Assembly (NCBI GenBank): GCA_963733295.1
Contig: CAVTCS010000003.1
Coordinates: 2,112,001-2,176,000 of the forward strand
DNA: 64,000 bases
Reading direction: 5' to 3'
From: Vulcanimicrobiota bacterium
Lineage (GTDB): Bacteria; Vulcanimicrobiota; Vulcanimicrobiia; Vulcanimicrobiales; Vulcanimicrobiaceae
Shown piece after piece: positions 41,266-52,848 of this stretch (position 1 is its first letter; each line of letters opens with the position of its first letter). The position numbers and the translations under genes were made by a program. The notes under the pieces are model-generated. The model saw nothing but the letters and a program-made list of their open reading frames with translations. It made no database searches and had not been told where the DNA came from.

Positions 41266-43492
41266 CTAGATCGTAGCGGCTTTCAGAGCGGCCAACACCT
41301 TAGCCGGCTTAAAGGGAACAGACCGAATGCGTGCCCCGGTCGCGTCGAAAATCGCGTTGGCGATAGCGGAGGGAATCACGGAGCTCGTCGGTCTCGCCTG
41401 CGCCCCACGGCGGTTGTTCAGGGCGATCGATTAGTTCGATGGTGACTTCGGGGACGTCAGGGAAGGTTAGTATAGGATAGGTCGCCCAATCGCGACTGGT
41501 CACCGTACTTCGATTGAAGGTTACCTCCTCGATCAGTGTGCGACTGACCGTCTGCACGACGTTGCCTTCGATCTGATTGCGTAAGCCGTCCGGGTTGATG
41601 ACCTGTCCGCAATCGTGAACGACGAAAACACGGTCCACCTTTACGTGGCCACTCGTACGATCGACGGTGACGTCCGCGACCACGCCGACATATGTGCGCA
41701 CGAGCTCGTATTTCGTGTAGGAGATGCCCCTGCCTCGCGCGAGCGAGCCGGTGTCGTCTCGCGTCGCGCGCGGCTCCCACTTCGCGAGTTCGCGCAGACG
41801 TTCAAGAACTTCAAGTCCGCGTGGATCCTTGGTGTGTCGGACGCGAATTTCAAGAGGGTCGACATTCGTGAGTGCGGCAATTTCGTCCAGAAAACTTTCG
41901 CTGGCAAAACTAAGTTGCATGCGGCCCGGTGCACGAATCCAGGCCGATTTGAGCGGCGTCGTTGCGAGCCAATGCGCGGTGGTCTTGACATTGGGCAGGG
42001 CATAGGGGATACCCCCGCCCAGCCGAGGTGTGGCGGAGAGGTCGGTTACATCCCGCGGCAGTTTCGCGAGATCGGCGGCGAGCAAAGTTATGCCCGACCG
42101 ATTCATTGGCTGTTCGGGCACGAAGACGTCAGACTCCCACGCGGCAACCGCTCCAGCGGTACTGACCTTGGCTTTGTAATCGAGAAGCATCGGCGGATTC
42201 TTCGGATCCCAGCCGTGCTCGTCTTGACGCATCCATTGCACGCGCACCGGCCGGCCGATCTCCTTAGCGATCAACGCCGCTTCAGACGCACAGTCCTCGT
42301 GCCCGTTGCGACCGTAGCAGCCAGCACCTTCGATGTAGATGCAGCGAACGCTATCGTGCGGCAACTGCAACATCGTCGCCAGTTGGAGGCGCAGCAGATG
42401 AGTTGCCTGCGAAGCGGTCCAGACGACGAGTTTCCCGCCTTTGAAATCGGCGACCGCGCACGACGGACCGATTGAGCCGTGGGTGTCGATCGCGAAGTCG
42501 TATGTAGCTTGCAACGTCCGACCTTCGGTCTGCATCGCCTCAGTGGAGTCCCCGATGTTCTGCAGCACTTCACTGCGGAGAATTTTGGTCGAGCGCACGT
42601 AGGCGAATAGCTCTGCCTCCTCGGGCAGTCCAGCCCAAGCCGACCAGGTCGCAGCGATCGTTGTCGCAGCTTTAATAGCGGCCCACTCGTCGGTAGCAAC
42701 CACGGCCAGAAAGTTGACCACACGCACCGCGCGCACGTAACCCGGAATCTTCCGGCAATCAGCGTCGCTAAAGTTCTCAAGTTGAGCCTGCATCGCAGGC
42801 GGGTGCACGGCGCGGGCGTGCAACATTCCGGGTAATTTGAAATCCTGCACGAACGAGAATGAGCCCATTATCTTCGCGGGAATGTCGAGGCGGGGCACCG
42901 ACTTCCCAACGATCGTGTAGCTTTTCGGATCCTTGAGCGGTGCCTTAGGGTCCACCCTCAATTGTATCGTGCGACCGGCGGTTAGCTGCGCGTAACTGAC
43001 GCCCGTACCACCCGACCTCGGTATGACAATCCCGGCGTGAACGGTGAGATCCTCTTTGGTCGTATGCAGCCGTTTAGCCGCTTCATCGAGCAGCGCCTCG
43101 CGCGCGGTCGCCGCAGCGACCCGGATCTGCATGCCGCCAACTTGGATCGTCATGCTGGCGAACGTCGGGCCTTGGTCGGGTGTGACCAGAGTATCGCCCT
43201 GAACAAGCTTCACCTGATTGATTGGGACGCTTAGCTCCTCGGCAGCGATCTGCGTGATGGCCGTGGAGACCCCCGTGCCGAGCCCCACTTTCCCCGAGTA
43301 GACTGTTACTCCACCAGTGTCGTCGATCGCCAAGAAAGAGTCGACTTCATCGAGCGCGAGGGTTCTCGTGGGGACAGTGCTCTGCTTGGCACCGGCTAGA
43401 GTGGGCAGAAAAGGGAACGAGACGATCAGCGCACCGCCTGCAGCTAGAAAGGTTCGACGAGAGGCTCGCATATCGCGTGATGTTCTACTCAT
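41266..43492 (-). CDS. Xanthine dehydrogenase-family molybdopterin subunit (isoquinoline/nicotinate oxidoreductase-like), Tat signal, frameshift near 41390
   Basis: SRRTFL, GTGVSTA..QIAAEEL, GAGCYGRNG, HDCGQVINPDG, GAGE; AIANAIFDATG tail in another frame ending at 41266. Confidence 0.88.
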
Positions 43493-43962
43493 TCAAGCAG
43501 CTTTTCGGACGCACGCATAACCGCGCGCAGGATCCGCACGTGCGTGCCGCATTTGCACAGGTTGGCCGCCAGCGCCGAACGGACTTCACTTTCAGTCGGA
43601 CGCTTGGTCGTGGCGAGGAGCCCGGCTGCCTGCATGATCATGCCGTTAATGCAATATCCGCATTGAGCCGCTTGTTCTTCGATGAACGCCTGCTGCAATG
43701 GATAGGGGATGCCGGGCGTCCCGAGGCCTTCGAGGGTGACCACCTTGCTCCCAGCGGCTGCCGAGACGGGCAGGACACAACTCCGAACAGGAGCGCCGTT
43801 GAAGTGAACGGTGCACGCTCCGCATTGTCCGAGTCCGCAACCAAAATGCGGACCGCGCAGGTCGAGCTCGTTTCGCAGCGCGTAGAGCAGCGGCATATCC
43901 GGGTCCTCGAAATGGAGCGTGCGCATCTCTCCGTTGACGGTCAAGGTGATCGATTTTGGCAT
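43489..43962 (-). CDS. [2Fe-2S] small subunit of the molybdo-oxidoreductase
   Basis: GCGLGQCGACTV, QCGYC, NLCKCG. Confidence 0.93.
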   Translation of the reverse strand: MPKSITLTVNGEMRTLHFEDPDMPLLYALRNELDLRGPHFGCGLGQCGACTVHFNGAPVRSCVLPVSAAAGSKVVTLEGLGTPGIPYPLQQAFIEEQAAQCGYCINGMIMQAAGLLATTKRPTESEVRSALAANLCKCGTHVRILRAVMRASEKLLE

Positions 43963-43970
43963 GGCTACTT

Positions 43971-44162
43971 TCAGTTCAACGCCAAGCGCTGTGCCACGAG
44001 CGATTCGTTGTGCTCGGGATTTGCCTGATATGCAACCGCCTCGTCGACGACCGAAGGAATCGGCGGGTAAGGACCTTTCGACAGATGGGCGCGCGCTGGC
44101 CCGCACATGGCGCCCGATGCGGTTAAGGCGGCCGCAAGAAAGCTCAATCGGCGCAAACGCAT
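43971..44162 (-). pseudogene. Short secreted ORF, probably the truncated N-terminus of a PQQ-like propeller
   Basis: GGGGAG RBS, MRLRRLSFLAAAL signal, AVAYQANPEH then an early stop. Confidence 0.35.
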
Positions 44163-44565
44163 GTCAATCTCCCCGTGCTGAGAGCAGACGTTAGCCATCC
44201 GGCGCCACTGTCCTCGAACGAATCAGCATCCGTCAATAGCGTCGACAAGTCCTCGCTCACGGACTCACTGAGTACATCGATCGCGGATCTCGAGCATGCT
44301 TCACTACCCAAATTGAGCATCGCTCGGCCCCACGCGGAAAGCCTTATGCCACAGGGATTTGCGGGACACTAGCGCGTGTGGATGCATGGCGATGTACGAA
44401 TGCACGCAGACGAAGCATACGGGCGCTGCTGCGTAGGGAGAAGTTTACGCCTCTACGTACGGTCTTGGGCGTTGTCCATCTCGTTACTGAGGAGCAAGTT
44501 AACGATCGGGTCGTCGTAAACGGTTTCCGGTGCGTTTGGACCTTGCTTCCTTTCGACTCGGATGC

Positions 44566-45319
44566 TCATGTCTCAGGGTTTCCTTTTTCGCGCTTGGCAA
44601 GTTCTTCAGCTAAAATTGGCACGCCCAAGTTGCAAGCCTGAATACCCTGGACGACGCAGAGTTTGAGAACCTCGACGATTTCTTCCATCGTAGCGCCAGC
44701 TTCGAATGCCCGTTTCATGTGGCGATGCGTGCCGGGCGCGTACATGTGCGTGTAAGAAGCATCGCAGGCGATGCTGAGCAGTTCGAGCTCTTTTGGCGGC
44801 AGCGGACAGGTCTTATAGACTCCGGCAACGGCGGCCATGAATTCGTCAAACCACGCTGGGTCCAATGCGACCAGAGGGTCCCAAACGGCATTCCACTGAC
44901 CGATCGCCTTCATCGCATCACAAGCCGGCGTGGCGATCGCGTTCGAACGTGGCACCGGTCTTCACTCCCGCCGCCTTGGCTTCTTCCGCCAATATCGGAG
45001 CGCCCGCGGCTAACGCATGGATAGCCATCAGCGCGCCGGCCTTCATCACGAATAGGATCTCATCGCGAGTGGCCCCAGCCTCGAGCGCTCCTCGAGTGTG
45101 GCGGCGCGTCCCGTCGGAATTGAGATTCGTGCATGCGACGTTCAGCCCCAGACTGATTAACTCGACGAGCTTGCGAGAGAGGACTCCGCTCGTCCAAGGA
45201 TTGTCGGACATCTTTACGCATGCATCAACCCAGTCCGGGTCCCACTCACGTACTTGAGCCAGAGGAGCCGCGTCCCAGGGACCCTTCGCCGCCGTGGCCG
45301 GAGTAGCTGCTTCTTTCAT
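44566..45319 (-). CDS. Two-domain carboxymuconolactone decarboxylase/AhpD-like protein, frameshift near 44950
   Basis: Two homologous halves with ELxSxxxxxxxT and T(R/H)RH...AxEAGATxxEI. Confidence 0.82.
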
Positions 45320-45397
45320 GGGTTGCCTCACATTTGCAAGTGTGCTCGAAGATTAGACCTTATGCCAAATAGCGTCCACTGGAACCGACCAAGAACG

Positions 45398-45796
45398 TTA
45401 CGGGCGCACAATCATTGCGATGAGCGCAAGTACACCCAACAGCGCGACTAACCCGGCAAGAATTACGGCTGAAGAGCGCCGCTTGCTGGCGTAACGAATT
45501 CCCAAGTCACGAATGTTTCCTCGGTGTTCGATAACGGCCAGGACCAGTGACCCCACGCCGATACAAACCATTACAAATCCAAGTTGCGGCGCGCCAAAGT
45601 TGACGGTAATTTTCTCAGCGGTAGGGCGCAGAATATTGGAGAATTTCGACACGCCGAATCCAAAAGTAATCAACGCCGTTGCGGTTCTGACCCAAGCAAG
45701 CATCGTGCGCTCGACCGCAAGGCGCGTTCGCGTAGCCGCGAGCGTCGTCGCGTCGTCCGGCTTGGGCGCGCCCGCCCGGCTAGCGTCGCTCACCAC
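45398..45796 (-). CDS. DUF202 (YidH-like) membrane protein
   Basis: RTRLAVERTMLAWVRTA..LITFGF. Confidence 0.9.
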   Translation of the reverse strand: MVSDASRAGAPKPDDATTLAATRTRLAVERTMLAWVRTATALITFGFGVSKFSNILRPTAEKITVNFGAPQLGFVMVCIGVGSLVLAVIEHRGNIRDLGIRYASKRRSSAVILAGLVALLGVLALIAMIVRP

Positions 45797-45806
45797 GGCA
45801 ACGGCA

Positions 45807-46925
45807 CTATGCTACGTAGTGTCCATCAGAGCCCGCAAAGACCGTTTCGCGGAGCTTCCCGTCCGATTTGTGTACCAAAAAGCCCTGATGGCCGGCTTCG
45901 CGGTTCGGAGGCAGTCCGAGGTTGGCCAGCGTCTCCTCGGTGCTCTTGTACGTCACGCCGATCTTCAGCATTTGACGCGCTTGCTCGGCAGTAGCAATGT
46001 CGCGGCCGATCTCGCGGGCCATCCGGACGTGCTTCTCGATCATCTGAACTGTTTTCATCCGAACGCCCTTCTTGACGTCCCAGAGGTTGTCTTCGATGCC
46101 GGCACGCGTGTGCTGCCCGAGCGCGATCATCATCATCGAAATCGGGTGGGTCAAGCGAAACGTCGTTTGATACGTAAAGAACGACCCGTGCGGCGTCCGG
46201 CGCACCAACTCCATCAGGTCGAACGGATTTGCCCCACAGATCCCGCCGCCGCCGGTGCTGAAGAACCCGTTCATCGGCCCCATGTACTCGCCTCGCCGAA
46301 CCATGCGCTCGACGATTTCCAACCCATGGATGTGCGGAAGGGCGAAGTATGGCTGTATCCCGTGCTCGACACAAAGCCTGGTCTCTTCGACGTAGAAGTC
46401 GGGCGTCGAATCTGCCACCATGTTGGATATTCCATGCATCGCGTCTTCGTTGCACAGGTGCGTTCCCTCGAACGCATTCATCGGGTGAAGCGCGGTCAAG
46501 TCGTAAAGCGAGGTACCGCACGCGACGGTGATTTGGTCCGGCTTGGGGTCGATCGTCGTCAGCTTGTGCCGTTGCTCGTAGCTGCCGAAGGCTCCCACTT
46601 CACCCGGCGCCGGGGCAAATGAGATCGATCCACCGATCTGCAAGATCATCTTGGGCACGGCCTGACGCAAACGCGCGATCTGCTCGCTGTATTCGTCGAA
46701 GTTCTTAGAGATGTGCCCCGTCTTCGGGTCACGCACGTGAATGTGCAGCAGCGTCGCCCCGGCGTTGTAGCAGTCCACAGCGGCTTGAACTTGCTCGTCC
46801 CAGGTGAGGGGTATGTATCCCGGGGGTCCATCCTGGGGCATCCACATCGGGCCATACGGAGCTGCAGTGATCATCAGCGGAGCCATGTTCTCAGGTAAGA
46901 GAGAATCGTCAGTAAAGTACGCCAC
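45807..46925 (-). CDS. Beta-keto acid cleavage enzyme (BKACE/DUF849), copy 1
   Basis: ITAAPYG, AGATLLHIHVRD, HTRAGIEDN. Confidence 0.9.
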   Translation of the reverse strand: MAYFTDDSLLPENMAPLMITAAPYGPMWMPQDGPPGYIPLTWDEQVQAAVDCYNAGATLLHIHVRDPKTGHISKNFDEYSEQIARLRQAVPKMILQIGGSISFAPAPGEVGAFGSYEQRHKLTTIDPKPDQITVACGTSLYDLTALHPMNAFEGTHLCNEDAMHGISNMVADSTPDFYVEETRLCVEHGIQPYFALPHIHGLEIVERMVRRGEYMGPMNGFFSTGGGGICGANPFDLMELVRRTPHGSFFTYQTTFRLTHPISMMMIALGQHTRAGIEDNLWDVKKGVRMKTVQMIEKHVRMAREIGRDIATAEQARQMLKIGVTYKSTEETLANLGLPPNREAGHQGFLVHKSDGKLRETVFAGSDGHYVA

Positions 46926-47072
46926 GGTTTTCCTTTCTGTGCCAACAGCGGGAAGGCGAGCTACTCCGGATCGTGCCTATGTCCCTTGCCGACGATTTTC
47001 GTCGTCATCTTAAGCTTGTTAAGCTCACTGAGTAGGCGGTTCGCCCCGTGGAGATTCTGCGCCGCGCGTTCG

Positions 47073-49421
47073 CTATTTGTACTCCACGCGCACTCGATCG
47101 ATCGTACCGTTAAACGTAAACGGTGCTTGATCGTAGTAGTCAACGGAGACCGGTGAGCCAAGGTCTGTACCGATGTTGAGACATCCGTTGGCCGTAAACG
47201 CGAGCGGAGCGGAAACCGGCACCTGGCCTCGCGCCACCTCCGTGCCATCGACGCTGAGCGTTACTTCGAGCGCCCCTGCGGGCCTCGGCGTTCCCGCATA
47301 GGCCGTCCTCACCTCGATTGCCGCCTTCCCGACAGGTAGCTTCTTTTGAGCCTTAATGTGGGTTCGCTGAATCTCGAAAAGGTTATATTCGTAGCACAAC
47401 GCGCCGTCCAGAATGTAGCAGCTCAGGCCGCCCGAGAACGCCCCAAGCGAATACAGAACGCCGTTCGCACTCTCTGGAATGTCCGCCTCAACAGTGACGA
47501 CGCTTGGCCTGTTTCCGAGCGCTGGTGCCGTAAACTCGGGCATCCGCGTGATGCGCCCGGGAAAGCTCCACTTCGTATACGGGACCGCGACACGATTCTC
47601 CGGATGCAGCATCACCCAGAGACCGCCGCCCACCGGGTATCCGTTATTCCTTGCGAATTCGATCGCAAAGAGCTCCTTCAACTCGGCAAGCTTTTCCGGC
47701 ATCTTTTCGGCGAGATCGTTTGCCTGCGACCAATCTTTCTCAAGATCGTAAAGTTCCCAGCGGTCATGGTCGGGTGTCCACGTTGCCAAACTCGCTGACA
47801 TACCCGCCTGCCACGGTATCCGGGGACCAAAGGCAGAGGCGAACCAGCCCTCGTGGTAGATCCCGCGACTCCCCATGATTTCGAAATACTGGGTCAGCAG
47901 GCGCCCTGGTGCATCGCCATCACCAAACGAGTACGCCAGGCTTACCCCATCGATGCGATCTTGAGGGATGCCGTTGACGACGCGCGGCGGTGTGATACCC
48001 AGTAGCTCGTAGATGGTGGGAACGATGTCGTTGACGTGGTGAAACTGCGTGCGCGGTGCACGGTCGGGCTTGATCCGGGCCGGCCACTGGACCGCCATCG
48101 GATTCCGCGTGCCGCCGAAATGAGACGCAACAAGCTTTGTCGCCTGATAGGGCGTGCTTCCGGCCCAGGCCCAACCGGAGTGGTACATGTTGTCCGTCTT
48201 CGGCGAACCTAGCGCGTCGAGCCCGCCGAGCTTATCCAGTGCTTCGATGTGCTGCTGGATCGTCGTCGGAATGCTATTTTGCGCGAGCAACTCGCTGATC
48301 GTCCCGTTCTGGCCTTCGGCCGACGATCCGTTGTCACCCCAGATATAGAATATCAGCGTGTTCTCGAGATAGCCAAGTGCGTCGATTTCGTCGACGATGC
48401 GGCCGACCTGAGTATCGACGTGTTCAGCGAATCCCGCAAACACTTCCATCAAGCGGCGTTGGAACGGCCGTTCGCTCTCTGGAATGCTTTCCCAAGCGAC
48501 CATGGTCGGATGTCGTGGGGTGAGTTGTGCCTGCGCAGGGATCCAGCCCTTGGCCTTGGCCTTCTCGAAGACGCGCTCGCGATACGCGTCCCATCCAGCA
48601 TCGAACTTGCCTTTATACTTATCCGCCCACTCCTTCGCGACATGATGGGGGCCGTGGAGCGCTCCCGACGCCCAATACATGAAGAACGGCTTATCTGGCT
48701 GGAACGCTTGGTGCTTTCGTAACCAGTCGATGGCGTCGTCCGCCAGGTCCTCACTAAGGTGGTAGCCTTGTTCGGGCGTCTTGGGCGGTTCGACGAGGGT
48801 CGTGTTGCGAACGAGGCTTGGCTCCCACTGAGACGCCTCGCCGGCGAGGAAGCCGTAGAAATACTCAAAGCCATAGCCGGTGGGCCAGTATTCGAAGGGC
48901 CCTGCGGCCGTCGTCTGGACCGCCGGCGTATTGTGCCACTTACCGAAGGCGGCGGTACTGTAGCCGTAGCATTTCAATACTTCGGCGATCATCGCGCTGC
49001 TTTTTGGCTGGATGCCGGCGTAGCCGTCCCAGTCGTTCCCGAACTCGGCGATTTGCCCGGCGCTCACGTGGTGATGGTTTCTGCCCGTCAAGAGCGAGGC
49101 GCGCGTCGGCGAGCACATCGCAGTCGTGTGAAAACGGTTGTAGCCGATCCCGGCTTCGAGGACGCGCTGGAAGGTCGGCGTATCCACTTCGCCACCCAAC
49201 GGGCGAGGGAGACCGGGACCGCAATCGTCGATAAGGACGATCAGGATATTGGGCGCGTCCTCGGGCAGACGACGCGGTTCGACGCGTTGGTGGTAGACCG
49301 AATCTTGCATCGTGCGGCCGGCTATGCTTGCCGACGGCGTGGGTGGAAACGGCAAAACTTCCTGGACCGGAAGGTTGGGTCGTACGGGCTCCGCTGCGCT
49401 CGGGCTTGATTTCTTGTCCAA
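47073..49421 (-). CDS. Long-form arylsulfatase
   Basis: PNILIVLIDD, MCSPTRA, GKWH, HGPHH, GDNGSS. Confidence 0.93.
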   Translation of the reverse strand: MDKKSSPSAAEPVRPNLPVQEVLPFPPTPSASIAGRTMQDSVYHQRVEPRRLPEDAPNILIVLIDDCGPGLPRPLGGEVDTPTFQRVLEAGIGYNRFHTTAMCSPTRASLLTGRNHHHVSAGQIAEFGNDWDGYAGIQPKSSAMIAEVLKCYGYSTAAFGKWHNTPAVQTTAAGPFEYWPTGYGFEYFYGFLAGEASQWEPSLVRNTTLVEPPKTPEQGYHLSEDLADDAIDWLRKHQAFQPDKPFFMYWASGALHGPHHVAKEWADKYKGKFDAGWDAYRERVFEKAKAKGWIPAQAQLTPRHPTMVAWESIPESERPFQRRLMEVFAGFAEHVDTQVGRIVDEIDALGYLENTLIFYIWGDNGSSAEGQNGTISELLAQNSIPTTIQQHIEALDKLGGLDALGSPKTDNMYHSGWAWAGSTPYQATKLVASHFGGTRNPMAVQWPARIKPDRAPRTQFHHVNDIVPTIYELLGITPPRVVNGIPQDRIDGVSLAYSFGDGDAPGRLLTQYFEIMGSRGIYHEGWFASAFGPRIPWQAGMSASLATWTPDHDRWELYDLEKDWSQANDLAEKMPEKLAELKELFAIEFARNNGYPVGGGLWVMLHPENRVAVPYTKWSFPGRITRMPEFTAPALGNRPSVVTVEADIPESANGVLYSLGAFSGGLSCYILDGALCYEYNLFEIQRTHIKAQKKLPVGKAAIEVRTAYAGTPRPAGALEVTLSVDGTEVARGQVPVSAPLAFTANGCLNIGTDLGSPVSVDYYDQAPFTFNGTIDRVRVEYK

Positions 49422-49997
49422 ACCACGCTCCTTGTCGCGGCGAGCACCGGCACGTCCGCGGCCGTCTATTTTGGACTCACAGCGGTTCGGGTCCCCTCGT
49501 TTTCCCGCCGATGTTTGTGTTTCGCGCGATGCTCGGCCGTTTGTTCGTCGGCGTTCCAGACGATTCAGAAAAAGTTAGGACAACTACCTTAATCCGATCA
49601 ACGACGATGTTCCGAAGCCGACCGTCGAAATGCGTCGCGCTGAATGCACGCGTCGATGCCCGCCGCCGCAAACCTTCAAAACAGACCGCTCAACACCGAG
49701 CAGCGCAACGTTCTTGGATGGGTGCGCGACAACGGGAATCTCAGGGGTCTTCGCAATTCCAGCCGGGGGCTCAACCGCGTCCAAGATTTCAACTCTATCG
49801 CCCACCCTCGTGCTCTATGATGGCGAGATGGCGAAAGGATCATTCGCTCACAGTCGTCACGGCGCAAGCGGAGCATTTGCCATCCGGCGTTATGGTTTCG
49901 TGCGCTCGACCATATCGAGGTAGCCTGCGGAACCTGGTGATAGTCGTTCGGCTCTTGCGGTGGCGCTTTGACGGTGTTCTTCGCCCTAAAACGGGGA

Positions 49998-50414
49998 CTA
50001 GCGCCAGCGGTCGCCGCGGGCGGTCACGTAATTGTTCCATACGAAACCCCAAGGGAGTAAGAGCGGGACGACCACGACGCCGAGGAAGATCTGGAAAAAG
50101 TTATCGGCGAGGTCGGGATCGACGGTGTGCGCGAGATACGGCGGCAGGTACGCTGCAAGCACCCAGATGAGCTTCCACATAAACTCGAAGATTAGCAGCG
50201 GCATCATGCGCACCGGGTAGCGAATGCCCAGCAGCGCGAGCAGCGTCAGCGCTCCGAAGAAGCTCATCCCGACGCCGTGCCAAAAATCCCAGGGACGCGC
50301 ATGGTGCAGGATCGCTGGCCAGGTCCGCAACCCTTGCGCGACGCCTATCAGGGCGTAGCTTACTCGCAGCAGATACAGCCGGTACAGCGGCAGCTCAGAC
50401 TTTGCAACAGTCAT
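49998..50414 (-). CDS. Four-TM membrane protein (conserved hypothetical)
   Basis: RLYLLR..Y, LGIRYPVRM.PL..FE..WK. Confidence 0.8.
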   Translation of the reverse strand: MTVAKSELPLYRLYLLRVSYALIGVAQGLRTWPAILHHARPWDFWHGVGMSFFGALTLLALLGIRYPVRMMPLLIFEFMWKLIWVLAAYLPPYLAHTVDPDLADNFFQIFLGVVVVPLLLPWGFVWNNYVTARGDRWR

Positions 50415-50520
50415 ACGTTGGGAACGAGAGCCGGGTCTTTCAGCGTTCGCAGAAATTCCTGCGCCTGAGGCGACACGGTTTCCGGCACGTGAACGTACGG
50501 ACGTTGCGAAGCGGATGTGC

Positions 50521-51135
50521 TCATTGCTCTGCCTCCGTATCCTCCCACAGTCGAATCAGCTCGCGCGCCTCCTTCGAGGCCAGCATACGTGTCAAGCGCG
50601 CTACTCTTCGTCCGACTTCTTTCAACCGCTGCTCGGTAGCGGCGTCACTTAGGTTTCCGTCTACCGTGAATGCCGCAGATGCATTGTAGACCCACGCTTC
50701 CCACGGAACTACCCAAGCGTGTAACGTCCGTCCAATGGCGCGTAACGTGTTCAGCGTCGACGTTGCTCCCGTTCGTCCACCCGAGACGCCGACCAGCCCA
50801 ACAACCTTCCCCTCGAACTCGCGGCTACTCATCAGGTCGAGGGCGTTCTTTAGGACGCCGCTGAGCGTTCCGTGATAGTTCGGGGTTGCCAAAACGATGC
50901 CGCTCGCTTCCGCGACGCGTTGTCGCAGTCGTTGAATGCCTAACGTATTTTGAACCGGATCTTCCTCTTCGCCGGTGCAGAGCGGTAGATCGTAATCGCG
51001 CAAATCCAGGAGTTCCGTGGTTGCGCCTTTTTCCTGCGCACCTGCGAGAGCAATCGTTAACGCAGCCCTTGTCCAGCTACCCGGTCTGAGGCTGCCACAA
51101 AGTCCGACGACCCGTACATCTTCGTGGTGCGTCAT
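50521..51135 (-). CDS. NADPH-dependent FMN reductase
   Basis: GSLRPGS, TPNYHGTLSGVLKNALD, GVSGG. Confidence 0.92.
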   Translation of the reverse strand: MTHHEDVRVVGLCGSLRPGSWTRAALTIALAGAQEKGATTELLDLRDYDLPLCTGEEEDPVQNTLGIQRLRQRVAEASGIVLATPNYHGTLSGVLKNALDLMSSREFEGKVVGLVGVSGGRTGATSTLNTLRAIGRTLHAWVVPWEAWVYNASAAFTVDGNLSDAATEQRLKEVGRRVARLTRMLASKEARELIRLWEDTEAEQ

Positions 51136-51143
51136 CGTTGAAG

Positions 51144-52265
51144 TTATGCCAGTAGGTGCCCGTCGGAACCAGCGACGACCGTCTCCCTGAGCTTTCCATC
51201 GGACTTATGCACGAGGAACCCTTGCTGTCCCGCTTCGCGGTTCGGCGGTAGGCCTAGATTCGCGAGCGTTTCCTCGGTCGTCTTATACGTCACGCCGATC
51301 TTCAGCATCTGATGCGCTTGTTCGGGCGTGGCGATATCACGCCCAATTTCTTTCGCCATGCGAACGTGTTTCTCGATCATCTGAACGGTATTCATCCGCA
51401 CGCCTTTTCTCGTGTCGTATAAGTTGTCTTCAATGCCTGCGCGGGTGTGCTGTCCGAGGGCGATCATCATCATCGAAATCGGGTGCGTCAAACGAAAGGT
51501 CGTTTGATACGTGAACACCGAACCGTGCGGCGTACGCCGTACGAGCTCCATCAGATCGAACGGGTTTGCGCCGAGGAATCCGCCGCCGCCCGTGCTGAAG
51601 AATCCGTTCATCGGCCCCGCGTACTGGCCCCGGCGGATCAGGCGCTCGACGAGCTCGAGACTATGAACGTGACCAAGCGCGAAATATGGCTGGATCCCGT
51701 GTTCGACGCACAGCTTGGTCTCTTCGATATAGAAATCCGGCGTTCCGTCCGCCACCATGTTGGAGATCCCGTGCATGGCGTCCTCGTTGCCCAGATGCGT
51801 CCCTCCGAAGGAATCGTCTATCGGGTGCAGCGCGGTCAAATCGTAAAGCCCTGAGCCGCACAGGACCGTGATCTGATCGGGCTTGGGATCGATCGTCGTC
51901 AACTTGTGCCGCTGCTCGTAGCTCCCGAATTTGCCGGTCTCACCGGGCTCCGGCGCAAATGAGATCGATCCGCCGACCTGCAGGATCATCTTTGGGACGG
52001 CCTCGCGGAGACGACCGATCTGCTCGCCGTATTCCCTGAAATTCTTCGAGATTTTCCCGGTCTTGGGATCACGCACGTGTATGTGTAAGAGCGTCGCGCC
52101 TGCGTTGTAGCAATCGACGGCGGCTTGCACCTGTTCGTCCCAAGTTAGGGGGATGTAACCCGGAGGACCGTCCGAAGGCAACCACATCGGCCCGTAAGGT
52201 GCCGCAGTGATCATCAGCGGAGCCATGTTCTCCGGAAGAAGCGAATCATCAGTAAAGTAGGCCAT
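51144..52265 (-). CDS. Beta-keto acid cleavage enzyme (BKACE/DUF849), copy 2
   Basis: AGGAGG RBS then MAYFTDDS; near-collinear with 45807-46925. Confidence 0.9.
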   Translation of the reverse strand: MAYFTDDSLLPENMAPLMITAAPYGPMWLPSDGPPGYIPLTWDEQVQAAVDCYNAGATLLHIHVRDPKTGKISKNFREYGEQIGRLREAVPKMILQVGGSISFAPEPGETGKFGSYEQRHKLTTIDPKPDQITVLCGSGLYDLTALHPIDDSFGGTHLGNEDAMHGISNMVADGTPDFYIEETKLCVEHGIQPYFALGHVHSLELVERLIRRGQYAGPMNGFFSTGGGGFLGANPFDLMELVRRTPHGSVFTYQTTFRLTHPISMMMIALGQHTRAGIEDNLYDTRKGVRMNTVQMIEKHVRMAKEIGRDIATPEQAHQMLKIGVTYKTTEETLANLGLPPNREAGQQGFLVHKSDGKLRETVVAGSDGHLLA

Positions 52266-52848
52266 CGGAGCCTCCTGAGACGGCGTGCGAGGAGTTGAGG
52301 TAGGCGCGGAATGAGGTGGTGCTCTGACGCGAGCGGCCCTATCCTTCGGGTCGCCAGCGCGCCTCTGCAAGCAACCATTTTGGGATGGTACTCCTATCGT
52401 CCGTGCTTGCAGGAACGCTCAGCAGTCAAACCGCCGTGCGGTCCCCGAGTAACTCCGCCGGCTCACAGATCGTGCGCATTCGTACCCGAAGACAACGGAA
52501 CAAGATACGCAAATAGCCTCTCTGCGGCCAGCGAGTACGTTGCCGCGACGCATTTATTGGAGAAGGCGGCTCTGCCGAATGCGGCGCTAGCCTCCTACTT
52601 CAGCGCGTACGAAATGGTCGTTGACCCTTCGTCTGATGCTAAGAAGTTTGGTTACGATAAGTCCGAGCCGGAACAACTGAGCGAGCAAACAGTAAGGAAT
52701 ATACAGAGACTTGCATACGCGACAAGGGCGTTGTAGCGTCTATATCGTGTCGCGGGGAACACGCCGCGTCCTAACGAACCCGCCGCGCCGGAAGCGCAGC
52801 CGATGTCACTCTCCGGGAGCCGCGTTGTGCGGCCCGTTTCCTTATTCT

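Noticed and set aside
49500..49990. Possible gene in the gap upstream of the sulfatase
   Set aside because: Only short competing ORFs with no supportable start or motif; probably a decayed fragment.
52311..52736. 141-aa plus-strand ORF
   Set aside because: The 3' half looks protein-like, but there is no credible start or family assignment; left uncalled.
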